Translations under genes and position numbers: made by a program
In this document: piece by piece, positions 1 through 11,014 of the stretch
Layout: each line of letters opens with the position of its first letter
Numbering within the stretch: the first letter of the stretch is position 1
Notes under the pieces: generated by a model
What the model saw: only the letters and a program-made list of their open reading frames with translations
Told to the model about the DNA's origin: nothing
Database searches by the model: none
NCBI GenBank assembly: GCA_963789955.1
Contig: CAWBMV010000022.1
Span: forward strand, 480,001 to 544,000
Direction: 5' to 3'
Source of the DNA: an uncultured Candidatus Rokubacteria bacterium
GTDB taxonomy: Bacteria > Methylomirabilota > Methylomirabilia > Rokubacteriales > CSP1-6
Length of the DNA: 64,000 nt

Positions 1-291
1 CGGCAATTCCTGCGGCTCTACAAGCGACACGTCAGACCCTTCCGGTCCATCCCCGTCCCGCGCCTGGTCAGCTATCTGCTCTGCTCCGCTTGGGAGAAAT
101 ACTCCACGTGGTCCGAGGGCCAATTGCCTCCTGTCTTCAATCGCCGGGCGTGGCACGCGTACTGGAAGGGCAGCCGCTATACCAACGCGAAGCTCAAAGC
201 GCTCCTGGGCTGGACCCCGGGCGTGACGACCGCAGAAGGGCTTCGGCGCTACTTCGAGAGCTGCAGGGCACGAGAGCGCGGTGTCTCTTAG
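1..291 (+). CDS. NAD-dependent epimerase/dehydratase family protein, C-terminal fragment (5' truncated by window)
   Basis: Frame 1 is open from base 1 to TAG at 289-291. It ends ...YTNAKLKALLGWTPGVTTAEGLRRYF, typical of extended-SDR C-termini, and overlaps the next gene start. Confidence 0.6.
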   Translation, partial: RQFLRLYKRHVRPFRSIPVPRLVSYLLCSAWEKYSTWSEGQLPPVFNRRAWHAYWKGSRYTNAKLKALLGWTPGVTTAEGLRRYFESCRARERGVS

Positions 292-1366
292 CGTGGCCAT
301 CGTCGGATGCGGCAAGATCGCCGATGCTCATGCCGAGCAGATCCGGCGCATCAAGGAATGTGACCTCGTGGGAGCCTGCGACCGCGAAGAGCTGATGGCC
401 CGGCAATTCGCCGAGCGGTTCGAGGCTCCGCGCTACTTCGATAATCTGGACCAGCTCCTCGAGGAGGCCAGGCCAGAGGTCGTGCACGTCACGACACCGC
501 CCCAGAGCCATTTCACGATCGCCCGACAATGCCTCGAGCATGGGTGTCATGTGTACGTGGAGAAGCCGTTCACGCTCAACGCTCACGAGGCCGAGGTGCT
601 CGTCGGGCTGGCCGAGCGACGCGGGCTGCGCTTGACCGTCGGGCATGACGCTCAGTTCAGTCAGGCCGCCCGGCGCATGCGGTCACTGATCCGCCAGGGA
701 TACCTCGGCGACACCGTTGTCCACATGGAAAGCTATTATGGCTACGACCTCGGCGACCCCATGTATGCGCGCGCGTTCCTGGGCGAGAAGGGGCACTGGG
801 TGCGGATGCTTCCGGGAGGATTGCTGCAGAATGTCATCAGTCACGGCATCGCCCGCATCGCCGAGCTACTCAGTGGGGAGAACCTCCGAGTCATTGCCCA
901 CGGCTTCGTGAGCCCGTTTCTTCGGCGCCTCTGCGGCGAAGAGGTGCTCGACGAGCTCAGGGTCATCGTCGTCGACGAGCGTGGCAGCACAGCGTATTTC
1001 ACGTTCTCGTCCCAGATGCGGCCCGTCCTCCATCAGTTCCGAGTCTTCGGGTCCCGAAACGGTCTGGTGCTTGACGAACAGCAGCAGACCGTTGTGAAGC
1101 TGAGAGGTGGGGCACTCAAGAGCTATCTGGAGCGCTTCGTCCCCCCGATCACCTTGGCCCGGCAGTACGTCGGAAACACGGCGCGCAATGCGCGATTGTT
1201 CCTGAGGAACGACTTTCACATGGAGGCTGGTAAGAAGGAGTTGATGGCGGCTTTCTACCGCTCGATCGTGGACGCTACGCCGCCGCCGATCCCTTCCAGC
1301 GAGATCTTGCGCACGGCGAGGCTTATGGACTCGATTTTCGAGCAAGTCAGGATTCCATCGCCCTAG
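281..1366 (+). CDS. Gfo/Idh/MocA family oxidoreductase
   Basis: N-terminal VAIVGCGKIA Rossmann motif and HVYVEKPF motif. Confidence 0.9.
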   Translation: MSLSVAIVGCGKIADAHAEQIRRIKECDLVGACDREELMARQFAERFEAPRYFDNLDQLLEEARPEVVHVTTPPQSHFTIARQCLEHGCHVYVEKPFTLNAHEAEVLVGLAERRGLRLTVGHDAQFSQAARRMRSLIRQGYLGDTVVHMESYYGYDLGDPMYARAFLGEKGHWVRMLPGGLLQNVISHGIARIAELLSGENLRVIAHGFVSPFLRRLCGEEVLDELRVIVVDERGSTAYFTFSSQMRPVLHQFRVFGSRNGLVLDEQQQTVVKLRGGALKSYLERFVPPITLARQYVGNTARNARLFLRNDFHMEAGKKELMAAFYRSIVDATPPPIPSSEILRTARLMDSIFEQVRIPSP

Positions 1367-1371
1367 AGAGC

Positions 1372-2280
1372 ATGCACGCGATCGGCGTCGGACGGGTCCC
1401 TCATATCACTGTTTGCATCTGCACGTACAAGAGGCCCAACTCTCTAAAGAGACTCTTAGAGGGACTGCTCCAACTAGAGACGGCCTCGTTGTTTTCTTAC
1501 TCCGTAGTTGTTGTCGACAACGACCGCGACGAGTCCGCCAGAGCCGTCGTTAGCGACTTCCAACAGAGTTCTCTCATTTCAACGGCCTATCGTGTTGAGC
1601 CCAGGCAGAGCATTGCACTAGCGCGAAATGCGGCGCTCGCCGGCGCCGTCGGCGACTACGTCGCCCTCATCGATGACGATGAGGTGCCGACCTGCGATTG
1701 GCTCCTGAAACTTCTCGACTGTTTAAATGAGTACAACGTGGATGGTGTTCTCGGGCCCGTCAAGCCGCTCTTTGAAGGACAACCGCCATTGTGGATTGTG
1801 AGAGGCCGGTTCCATGAACGTCCGACCTATCGAAGCGGTTTCACGATCGGATGGAGACAAGGGATTACTGCGAATGTTCTTCTAAGACGGGAGATCCTTG
1901 AAGGGGAATCTGCGCCATTCGACCGCCGCTATATCGTCGGCGAGGACCAAGATTTCTTTAGAAGGATGATGGCAAAGGGATATAGGTTCGCTTGGTGTAA
2001 TGAGGCCGTCGTCTACGAGGCCATCCCTCCTGTTCGGTGGACGCGTTCCTTCCTAATTAGGAGGGCCGTGCAACGGGGTCAAGTATCCCCGACGTTTGGT
2101 ATCCGTGATGTTATCAAGTCAGTCGTCGCTGTCCCGATTTATCTCCTGGCACTTCCTGTCTTAGCGGTGCTCGGGCATCATTGGTTCATGAGTTATTTTG
2201 TCAGGCTTTCTGAGCACGTGGGCCGGCTTCTAATGCTCATTGGGCTGCATATTGCTCAGGATACGTACGTGATCGAGTAG
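1372..2280 (+). CDS. Glycosyltransferase family 2 (ExoM-like)
   Basis: ITVCICTYKRP, VVVDND, ARN, IDDDE and GEDQDF motifs. Confidence 0.9.
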   Translation: MHAIGVGRVPHITVCICTYKRPNSLKRLLEGLLQLETASLFSYSVVVVDNDRDESARAVVSDFQQSSLISTAYRVEPRQSIALARNAALAGAVGDYVALIDDDEVPTCDWLLKLLDCLNEYNVDGVLGPVKPLFEGQPPLWIVRGRFHERPTYRSGFTIGWRQGITANVLLRREILEGESAPFDRRYIVGEDQDFFRRMMAKGYRFAWCNEAVVYEAIPPVRWTRSFLIRRAVQRGQVSPTFGIRDVIKSVVAVPIYLLALPVLAVLGHHWFMSYFVRLSEHVGRLLMLIGLHIAQDTYVIE

Positions 2281-2518
2281 TATCGGTGGTCCACTAGGGG
2301 CATCACCGACGGGACGCATCGTTGCTTCTAATAGCGAATCCGTCTGCATGAAGGTGAACAAATCGAAGCTGCATAGGATCATCAACGGAATCGTAACCCT
2401 CCGCTACGCGCGCCATGCGGATCACGGTCCGCTCAATGCGAATTTCTTTATGGAAAATGTGCATTGCGACTCCCTTGCCTACCACCTCGGAGGCTGCCTA
2501 CAGTCCTCGACGAACACA

Positions 2519-3613
2519 TCAATGCTCGCCTTCTGCTGTCGATTCCAGGTCATGGCTGTGGCGGCCTGCTTCCGCTTGACTGAGTGCTGACAGAGAAAGC
2601 TCCAAATGGGCAGATGGCCGCCGGCTCTTAACAGAGCGTGGAACTTCCAACAACAAAGAGAGCGGCAGGCCGGCGAGTGCTGGATGCCCGACTCCAAGCT
2701 TTCGCAGGATTCGGCTAAACGCATAGTGAGGGTCCATCCAATCGGCATCGCACTCAAGACCCTTCCTGAATGTCAGCGCAGAAAGCGTATACGGCGAGAG
2801 ATCGAGGTAAATACTCTTTATGGACTCGCGTAGACCAGTCTCTCGTCGCCACTCCTCAGACCACGGCTTCCCTCCCGGAGAATGGACGAAGGTCGGGCCG
2901 TCGCTCAGCAGGTTTCGAACACGCTCCACAACGGTGTAACCGTAGACACCGTTAAACTGAATAATGTGTTTGCCCCTTCGAAGTATGCTTAGCCGAATCT
3001 CCGAGAAGTACTTTGATGTCAGCAGAGCCGTTAAGACGTCCTGGTCTCCCAACAAATGAAAGGGCCTTTGTCGCCATCGCAACTTCTGGGCTTCAAGGTA
3101 TTCACTTGATTGGAGCAATTCCCACCACCGCCGCAGAAGACCGTGGTGATGCCCTGTCACACGAAGAACACCAGAGTTCAACCCGAATGGCAGCACTCTG
3201 CCAACGGGGAACCCCCAAAGGCGCGCGCGAAGTGCATTTCGGTCGTCGCGTTCGTCCCCAAGTCCGTCCTCGCAGACAACGAAAGCGTCCTCGCCAACTG
3301 GAGCAAATAGAGGGACCAAATCCTTCTTAACGACGATGTCCGTATCGACCCAGATTACCTGTTCAAATCCCTCTTGCAGCATCTGCATTAGAGCGACCGG
3401 TTTTACATTCCAACCGGAAGCATTGGCAAGGGCCCCGGTCTGAAAGCGAACCTGGGGACATTTCTTCATCCACGCGAAGAACTCCGGTGTGGCCGGCGGA
3501 TAGAAGAGATTTATTTCCAGGCTGGGACTGTGGGCAGTCAGGCTAAGTAGGAGAAGTTTCAGGGCGGGTTCGCAACTTGGTCGATTTTTCGCAACACAAA
3601 TTGTTGTTCTCAT
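2519..3613 (-). CDS. Putative GT-A fold nucleotide-diphospho-sugar transferase
   Basis: KP..L, WVDTDIVV (DxD), NSGVL and GDQDVL motifs as in GT8/GT77-like enzymes. Start may extend to 3628. Confidence 0.65.
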   Translation of the reverse strand: MRTTICVAKNRPSCEPALKLLLLSLTAHSPSLEINLFYPPATPEFFAWMKKCPQVRFQTGALANASGWNVKPVALMQMLQEGFEQVIWVDTDIVVKKDLVPLFAPVGEDAFVVCEDGLGDERDDRNALRARLWGFPVGRVLPFGLNSGVLRVTGHHHGLLRRWWELLQSSEYLEAQKLRWRQRPFHLLGDQDVLTALLTSKYFSEIRLSILRRGKHIIQFNGVYGYTVVERVRNLLSDGPTFVHSPGGKPWSEEWRRETGLRESIKSIYLDLSPYTLSALTFRKGLECDADWMDPHYAFSRILRKLGVGHPALAGLPLSLLLEVPRSVKSRRPSAHLELSLSALSQAEAGRHSHDLESTAEGEH

Positions 3614-3754
3614 GAAGTGTTTGCCCATAGAGGTCTGTCGAACAGGAAAATGTTAGGACTTTCCCTGCTTACCCAGTTTCATCGCAAGGTCGCGGATTGT
3701 CCCGCTCGAGGAGTTCGAGGCTGCTCACTCGTGACCGGATATTTCTCTCACACT

Positions 3755-5254
3755 TCATTTAACGTTCAGGTTCGTGGGGATCGCAGATGCCGACGAGTCG
3801 GTCGCGAGAGGATGTGGATACATGTAAGGCCGGTAATAGATTGTCCAGATATTCGCCGGCGCGCATTGATACAGAGTCTTTGTATCTGTCGCCCAGTAGG
3901 CCACCCTCGGTGTACAGGTGGCGGGGCGCGCGCTCAAGAGGCCCTGGCCCGTACCCACGCTGCCGTTGAAGGCCGCGTGTTGGTCTTGGTAATAGTCGCG
4001 GTTCTCAAGGCATGAGGGGCAAAAGAAATTCGAGGTCCCGACGGGACCGCCCTTGTTCGTATTGCCCCACTCGTAGAGCGGCTCGATATCCTGACGCGGC
4101 CACGCACTCGCTTGACTCGAGATCCCCCCGGTGATCGTGTTCGTGACGTTCGGGAAGTCGCCCGAGAGCAGATCGCCCCGGCCACGCCCGGGCTGGTCCA
4201 GGCAGGCGTACCCCGTCGAGGCGTTGCTGTTCTGGTCCCAGTTCGTGCCGCCCCCGTTGGTCGTGCCGCAGATGCCCCATCCGTTCGGAGGAGCGATCGG
4301 TCCCTGGCTGTTATCACGCCGGTAGTTGACCAACTGGTAGAACGACGAGCCCGACACCGTCGTGTTATTCCACGCGAGCGCGGATCCCGTGGTCACGGCG
4401 ATCACCACCGCGCCACCTTGCCCGCCGTCGTTGAAATTGTTCCCGTAGGCTTCGATCGTTCGGCACCCCCGTGTTCGCGCATCGCCGAAGAGTCCGGTGC
4501 CATGCGCGTTGATGCCGTTGCCGGGAGAGACCGTATTGTTTCGGACCACGACCCGCGAGCCCCGCTCACAATCCATCGCGCTGCCGATGGTGTTGTCTTC
4601 AACAAAGAAGGCGTCGGACGAGCCAAAGCCCGGCGCCGAAGACCACGCGCCATCAGCGGAATTACTAAAGGGCTGCCCCCCATGCTGGTAGCCGGTATAC
4701 ATCGCAATGGTGCCGCCCGCGCCAGCCGTGCCCACGTTATGATCGAAGACCCCGGTCATTCCCGATACGTACGCGCTATACAGGAAGGCACCACCGCCGC
4801 CATTGAAGGTGTTGTGATCAATCCGGATCTGGTTGGCACGCCCAAACGTTTTGAGGAAACCTTGAGCCTTCAACCCTCCCGTTCCGCGCGTCATCGAGAA
4901 CCCGGCGACCCGAGCCGTACTGGTGTTGTTATTGATCTGCCACATCGTGTCGGTGCCAGGTACATCGTCAATGATGACCGTGCCGCAGGTCCCGCACCCG
5001 CGCGCCGTCCCCGTGGTCGTGCCCGCGCCCAGGATCTCGATCGTCCCGGTCCCGGCCGGGATCGTCAGCGTCGGCGCGACGGTCCAGTGGCACGTTCCTG
5101 CCGGGATCTTGACCTGCGTCGTCGCGGCGGTCACCCTCGCGAACGCCGCGCGAACGTCACTTTGAGAACACGAAGCCGCGCTGATGACGTCGGCTGCAAC
5201 TGGACTCGCGAGCAGCAAGCAGATGAGCCCGGTAAGATACTTTAGACATGTCAT
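3755..5254 (-). CDS. Secreted parallel beta-helix (pectin-lyase-like) protein
   Basis: Signal peptide MTCLKYLTGLICLLLASPVAA. Repeated IRIDHNTF, VFDHN, VEDNTI and VVRNNTV turns. Gly/Thr/Asn-rich, C-terminal YPHPL motif. Confidence 0.7.
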   Translation of the reverse strand: MTCLKYLTGLICLLLASPVAADVISAASCSQSDVRAAFARVTAATTQVKIPAGTCHWTVAPTLTIPAGTGTIEILGAGTTTGTARGCGTCGTVIIDDVPGTDTMWQINNNTSTARVAGFSMTRGTGGLKAQGFLKTFGRANQIRIDHNTFNGGGGAFLYSAYVSGMTGVFDHNVGTAGAGGTIAMYTGYQHGGQPFSNSADGAWSSAPGFGSSDAFFVEDNTIGSAMDCERGSRVVVRNNTVSPGNGINAHGTGLFGDARTRGCRTIEAYGNNFNDGGQGGAVVIAVTTGSALAWNNTTVSGSSFYQLVNYRRDNSQGPIAPPNGWGICGTTNGGGTNWDQNSNASTGYACLDQPGRGRGDLLSGDFPNVTNTITGGISSQASAWPRQDIEPLYEWGNTNKGGPVGTSNFFCPSCLENRDYYQDQHAAFNGSVGTGQGLLSARPATCTPRVAYWATDTKTLYQCAPANIWTIYYRPYMYPHPLATDSSASAIPTNLNVK

Positions 5255-6029
5255 TCACGTCGCCTCGCTCAGGTTAATAACAAGCTACGGGTCGCCGTAG
5301 CTCGTAGTCAAATACGACAGCCAATATTAACGCGAAGGCACGGAGATGCCTCCCTCTTGCCGCCGGTGCCACCACGCCGAGCACATCGCCCGGCGGGCTG
5401 TGCAGACGCTCGAGCAACGGGGCTACGAGTCACCTCAAACGCGTTGCGTGAGGCGGCGGTGATTTTCTGAGGCACTCTAGGACTTCGCCGATGCCGGATC
5501 TGGTGCTGCATTGAAATCGCATATCTCTGTTCGCCTATAAGAACCGAAGACTCTTAGGCAGAGTTGTAGACGAGCTTTCCTGCGAAGACTGCTCGTTCTT
5601 TATGCCGAGCGCAACTTGAATGACTCTTCGACAACGTCCGCGGCCGCACGTCATACTATACGGTATATGAACCCTCCGGTGTCATCGGCTCTGGCTCGGC
5701 CACGAGGACTTCGGCGGTGCGTTGATTGACCCCGTAATCGTATCGAGGCGCGGCACCGCGTCCGCGAAGGGCGATACGCTCACTCAGCGTGGCCACCGCC
5801 TCTCTTCGAGATGGTCGAGATGGGCCAGGATCTGGGTCGTGAGAAAGGCGCAATGGAGGCGGAAGTGGCCGGCGAGCGCGTGCCGCAAGGCCGGGAGTTT
5901 GGTCCGCATGCGGCCCCGCGCCAACTCGGCCAAGACCGCGGGGTCGCTCGTGCCGTGAATGAGAGCCTCCGGCTCTCATTCGGTTCCAGCAGTATGATAC
6001 TCTCGCAGCAAAGGTAACGAGTCTGCGTC

Positions 6030-6686
6030 TTGCGCCCATTCACCAGCTACGCAAGAGTGCGGGCGGTCATCTCCATCTGCCTCCGCAACCGAAGACTCTT
6101 CTTCGATCGGGCAAAGATCGCCCGCACGCCGTACCTCGACATCGGCTGCGGCCCCAACGCTAATCCGGGATTTCTGAACCTGGACTACTACTGGAATCCA
6201 CACGTGGATCTCTGCTGGGATGTGACCCGCGGCCTGCCCCTCGAGGACGCCTCACTGCGCGGTATTTTCAGTGAGCACTGTCTCGAGCATCTCCCCATCC
6301 GGGCGGCGTTCGACGTCTTGCGTGAATGTTGCCGCGTCCTCCAGCCGGGTGGCCGTCTTCGGATCGTTGTCCCTGACGGCGAACTCTACCTCTCACGGTA
6401 CGTTAAGGTCCTCGCAGGCGATCTCTCGGCGCCTCTCCCTTACGCGGAATCCGACAGATTCCGTGACCGCCACACGCCCATGTTGAGCGTGAACCGCATC
6501 TTCCGCAACCACGGCCACCAGTTCATCTACGATTTCGCGACCATGCGGCTGCTCCTGGAAGAGGCCGGCTTTGCCGACATAGCCCGGCACGCCTTCCGGC
6601 AGGGTGTCGATCCTGCGCTCCTGCGCGACACGGCAGAACGTGAGATCGAGTCACTCTACGTCGAGGCTGGGAAGCCAAATGCGTGA
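6030..6686 (+). CDS. Class I SAM-dependent methyltransferase (Methyltransf_11-like)
   Basis: LDIGCG, EHCLEHL and RVLQPGGRLRIVVPD motifs. Confidence 0.85.
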   Translation: MRPFTSYARVRAVISICLRNRRLFFDRAKIARTPYLDIGCGPNANPGFLNLDYYWNPHVDLCWDVTRGLPLEDASLRGIFSEHCLEHLPIRAAFDVLRECCRVLQPGGRLRIVVPDGELYLSRYVKVLAGDLSAPLPYAESDRFRDRHTPMLSVNRIFRNHGHQFIYDFATMRLLLEEAGFADIARHAFRQGVDPALLRDTAEREIESLYVEAGKPNA

Positions 6687-6803
6687 GCAGGCGGGTTGCC
6701 AGGTCGTGCAGGCTCCTGGCGAGAGCCGTGTCTGAAGACTCGTGGAAATCATGCCCGGATTGAGCGTCCGCACTGCACCAAACGGGTTGTGCAGTCTCGT
6801 GCT

Positions 6804-8162
6804 TCAGCTCGTGCCTTTGACCCCCGCCGGGCTGGCTCGCTCAGCCATTGGAGCTTCGGAATGGGCAAAGGAGATAACGATGCTATTTGCTAGGAGTAGC
6901 AACCACAGCGGGCCCTTGAAAATAGCCGCCTCGGTCATATTGTAGAGTATCGTAACGATCCACACTGTCAGGCCGAGGGAGAAAAGTTCAACCGTCGCAG
7001 CGTTCCAGATCCTGTAATAACTAACGCAGAGAAAGCCGCCGACGATAAGAAGCCCGACGAAGCCGAGATTAAGATAGACCTCGATGTAGCCGTTGTGCGC
7101 TTGATTTGGTTGCCACCAAACTGCCGTCCACATAGTCATAAGTCGATCACCGAGCCAAAATCCTTCATAGCCAGCGCCAAGTAGGGGATCGGGATTGAGC
7201 GGTAAGATCATCTCCCACAGTTCTGTTCGGCCTGTCAAAGTCGGCTCACGCCCCAACGCGGATGTTATGAGACTCTGGAGCTCGAAGAGGTAGTCAAGGC
7301 CTAGATAAAGGCACATCCAAATCGGAATACCAACCTTGAGCCACAGTGGCCGGGCGCCGCTCAATCGCCAATGCGCAGCCAGTACCACTACGCATGCGAT
7401 CAGCAGACAGAGTTGAGACGTCGCGCTACTGGAGAGCCAGAGCAACCACAGAGTCATCCCCATCAGAGCTACATTTATGAGGAGCGTTCGCGTGGTGAGA
7501 GCATCCCTTCGATGAGGCCATCGCCTGACGGTGTCCCAGACGAAGAAAATTCCGCTGACGAGACACAGGCTTCCGAGTGAGTTCTTGTTCAGGGTCGCGC
7601 CCTGGTACGCCGCCAGACCTGTCCATTGATCGTTCGTAACACCAAGTTCTCGATAGTACTTGATGAGGACGACAGACAGCGGCACCACCACGTAGCACAC
7701 CCGGCGGATAACTGCGTCGAGCGCCGCCAGGGGCCGGGGATCAGAAAGTATTACCAGAGCGCACAGATAGCTTCCAAGGTCTCGAATCCAACGTTTGAAG
7801 GAAATGTCGGGATAGTCTGACCACACCGTGCTCACCAGCGTAAACAGGAGCAGCAGGGCCAAGATGTAATTGCCTGCCAGAAGACCACGCCAACTCATTG
7901 ATCGAGTGGATATGATGTAAAGTGCGAGAAGAATAATCACGCTATAGACGCATCGATCTAACCAGTTACCTTCTTCCATAGCTTGTGCTGAGGAACCGGC
8001 AGTCATCTCGAGCCATTGAGACGGCAGTCGCGTCATTGCAACGCCCAACCAAACCACAGGGACCCACCGCGCCCATGTGTGTGGCCCTTCCTGTGCCGAG
8101 GCATGACGGAGGAGAGGAATTAGAAGCACGATATAGAGGGCTAGGGCGATCGGCGGCGGCAT
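6804..8162 (-). CDS. O-antigen ligase / Wzy-type polymerase family membrane protein
   Basis: Many TM segments, with NKNSLG, LTGRTELW, GAGY and AHNGYIEVYLNLG Wzy_C motifs. Confidence 0.85.
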   Translation of the reverse strand: MPPPIALALYIVLLIPLLRHASAQEGPHTWARWVPVVWLGVAMTRLPSQWLEMTAGSSAQAMEEGNWLDRCVYSVIILLALYIISTRSMSWRGLLAGNYILALLLLFTLVSTVWSDYPDISFKRWIRDLGSYLCALVILSDPRPLAALDAVIRRVCYVVVPLSVVLIKYYRELGVTNDQWTGLAAYQGATLNKNSLGSLCLVSGIFFVWDTVRRWPHRRDALTTRTLLINVALMGMTLWLLWLSSSATSQLCLLIACVVVLAAHWRLSGARPLWLKVGIPIWMCLYLGLDYLFELQSLITSALGREPTLTGRTELWEMILPLNPDPLLGAGYEGFWLGDRLMTMWTAVWWQPNQAHNGYIEVYLNLGFVGLLIVGGFLCVSYYRIWNAATVELFSLGLTVWIVTILYNMTEAAIFKGPLWLLLLANSIVISFAHSEAPMAERASPAGVKGTS

Positions 8163-8253
8163 GACCTATTGGGTGTTTCCTGATGGGCTTTGCGTGCCGG
8201 CAGCACGCAGCAGCAGTCGATCGATTGCGGCGCACGTCAGTACCATGTTGATG

Positions 8254-10004
8254 TCAGGCAGATAGTTCTTGCGACCGTTGATATGGGCGTCTGCCAGTTG
8301 GTCGAACAAAACGCCCGTTCCACAACGGGCTCTGCAAGGTGCGAGACGCCCTGAGCTGATCGCAAACGTATTCGGCGAGCTCGTCGCGAAACCACCGCCG
8401 ATATGTCAGAAATCGATGCGAGCCCAACATGCCGTCGAGACCGGAAAGTAGATCGTCGAAACCAGTAAGCCAGTGGGGCAGGGCGTCCTTCCTCCAGTAG
8501 TCCAGCCTGAAGGAGGTTTTATACCAAATCGATGCGACGGACGTGAAGAATCGAGATGCAGGTAGCAACCCCTGATCCGTGGGAATTGAATCCAATCCGG
8601 CCCCGATCCTCTTGAGGATGGCCGCCCACGGCATGAGCGATCGCCGACACGCCGCGGGCGCACGAAACGCGAGAGCGACGAGCTCGTTGTCCAGATAAGG
8701 CGTGCGCATACTGACCTGAGACTGGCCTGCGCGGGCACTGCCAAACAGCTTCCACGGGATTTCCTTGAACGCCGCGAATGACACCGGATTCGGCGACGTA
8801 CTGTTGCTCGCCAAGGATCTCTCGCTGAGCAATTCACGACGCAGGCCCGGGTCGATCAGATTGGGTGATAAACCGAGCTGCTTGAACGTTGATACGCCTC
8901 GGAAGATCTCGCTGCCAAAATTTCCAGTAAGCCTCACTGGTGCCAGGCCGCGGGCCTGGCGGTTCAAGTAGATCTCGTGCGCGCCACACAAGCCGAAATA
9001 GCCGTCGGTCACATACACGGTACGATCCACGAGAGAGGAATAGTCCGAGAAGAAGTCGGATCCGATACGGAGAACGCGATGAGGGATCCGGCATGCCGAT
9101 GCCACGCGTGCCGCGAGCCGGACGTCCATCGTGTCGCCGGCGACGCCCCCAAAGGTATAAGAGGTTAGCCGGCCGTTCTGAGCCGCGCTGCAGGCCATGA
9201 TGAGACGAGTGTCGATTCCCCCGTCAGCGAGACGCCGACCGGTCGATCCGAGTCGAAGTAGCGCCCCATTACACGTGTGAGCGTGTTGGTAAATTCCTCC
9301 TGAAAGGATTCAACGCTCAGCTGGGGCTGCGATTCCGGTGCAACCAGCGTTAAATAAGACCGCTTCTTATACGGTTGCCGAGTGATGTCCCATGCGGACC
9401 CCGCAGGCAGAATCCCGACGTCCCGAAAGAGGCTTCTCCAATCCGATGTGCAACCATACCGAAGGAAATCTGCCAACCCCTCACTGTCGTACGCCCGCAA
9501 CTCCGGCAAGATCCGAAGGAGCGACTTGGCTTCGCTCGCGAAGTAAAATCCCTCTCGGCCTTCGTGGTAATAAATTCGGTCGAGTCCGTACCGATCGTTG
9601 AAAAGCACCGCCTTGTGTCTCTGCCGATCTATCAGAAGTCCGCTAAAGACGCCATTGAGCTCTTCGAAGAACGTGTGCTCCCTTTCTCGGTAGAGCTGAA
9701 GGAGCCGAGACGCCGTGTTATCACCGGTTCCACGTTGCGGCCCTGTCGGCTTCCGGCGAGAAGGCGGGTCTGAATAGCATTCACCGGAAAACACGAGGGT
9801 GACTTGATCGTCACCGACGATGGGCTGGCAGTCGGCAAATGAGTGTTCGTGCACTGACCAGCCTGCGAAGACGCCAAGCTCTGGCGCCGCGTGTGTCCCC
9901 GAGACGTAGAAAGTCTCGTGTTGCATGCAGGCGACCATCTCCGTCACGCGCGCAGAACACAAGGCAGGGGGTTGCCGGCTGACTAAGCCGACTATCCCCG
10001 GCAT
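8254..10004 (-). CDS. Asparagine synthase-like (AsnB family) amidotransferase, frameshifted
   Basis: GATase-like N-terminal part (LFNDRYG, FASEAK). The SLTGGIDTR PP-loop is restored by one extra G in the C5 run at 9218-9222. C-terminal RTPYLDNELV motif. True 3' end uncertain because of a second probable frameshift near 8300. Confidence 0.8.
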
Positions 10005-10049
10005 GAGGCAAAAGACTTGCGATCTATTAGCATAGAAGCTCTCGTTAAA

Positions 10050-11009
10050 TCAGCTGTGAACGATGCGGAGCCAGTGCGCCCGGAGGGTCTTGAGACGATC
10101 TCTGAGTTGATTAGGAATCAGTTGCTTCCATCCACGGTGAAGGCCTGTCGCAATAGCGAGACTCCCCTTGCGGGTGATGGGTACGTAGTACCGGGGCAGC
10201 GACATCATGGAAAATCCATTGGATTGCTTGAAATCAAACAACGACCCGTCACCCCAGAACGCGTAAACCAGGTGCGGAAGCCCCTTCCGTTCGCAGACTT
10301 CGATCGCTTTCCCGATCAGAGCATTGTTGGGCGCTTTGTCTCGGTGCTGGATCTTTGAGATGATCTGCCCGAGGTCGCCGAAGCGTCCTGCGTTCCCCAA
10401 CATGACGAAGCCGATCAGCTCGTCGCGATAGTAAGCACCAAGCAAATCTTCTCGAGAGATGTGCCGAGAAAACTGTGCCTTGACCGTGTCAAAGTCCTTT
10501 CCATAATGCCAAAACAAGCGGCCCTGGCGCACAGGAACCTCGTTGAAAATGTCGGTCATCCCCCGAACGAAGCTATCGTCGTAGCAGACTTCGCGAACCT
10601 CAACCCCAAGCTTCTGTGCCTTTCTGATCTTATTTCGGGCTGTTGGCTTGACCTGTTTGTTCAACCAGTGGTCAAAGGTCGTTACTGGGAGAGCAGCAAC
10701 CATGGCAGGCTCGGTATAGAAGTCAAAGTGAGGGACAGTGTCGGGGACGCGCTGCCAGAAACTGAAAATGTCAACACCAACGCGCGAGGCTCGTAAACTG
10801 GCGATGACAGATTCAGGGTCTCGCACGTCTTCGTACCACTCATCCTCGAGCCGGGCGATAGTCACGGCGCCTCGTGTCAAGCTATATGTCTGCCCACTGA
10901 CCTCGAAACACTCGACGTGAGCAGGCCTACCGTCGACGATCGTCTCTATACGAAAAGTCTTCATACCCGAAGTGGATTGCGCGATCCCAAGCGGACTGTC
11001 TTGGTCCAT
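10050..11009 (-). CDS. GNAT / FemAB-like acyl(aminoacyl)transferase
   Basis: RNKIRKAQKLGVEVREV, APNNALIGKAIE and SLFDFKQSNGF resemble FemAB/Acetyltransf_6 motifs. Alternative start at 10964. Confidence 0.65.
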   Translation of the reverse strand: MDQDSPLGIAQSTSGMKTFRIETIVDGRPAHVECFEVSGQTYSLTRGAVTIARLEDEWYEDVRDPESVIASLRASRVGVDIFSFWQRVPDTVPHFDFYTEPAMVAALPVTTFDHWLNKQVKPTARNKIRKAQKLGVEVREVCYDDSFVRGMTDIFNEVPVRQGRLFWHYGKDFDTVKAQFSRHISREDLLGAYYRDELIGFVMLGNAGRFGDLGQIISKIQHRDKAPNNALIGKAIEVCERKGLPHLVYAFWGDGSLFDFKQSNGFSMMSLPRYYVPITRKGSLAIATGLHRGWKQLIPNQLRDRLKTLRAHWLRIVHS

Positions 11010-11014
11010 CACTG

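Noticed and set aside
2303..2590. Short ORFs between the convergent GT genes
   Set aside because: No RBS, motif or codon support.
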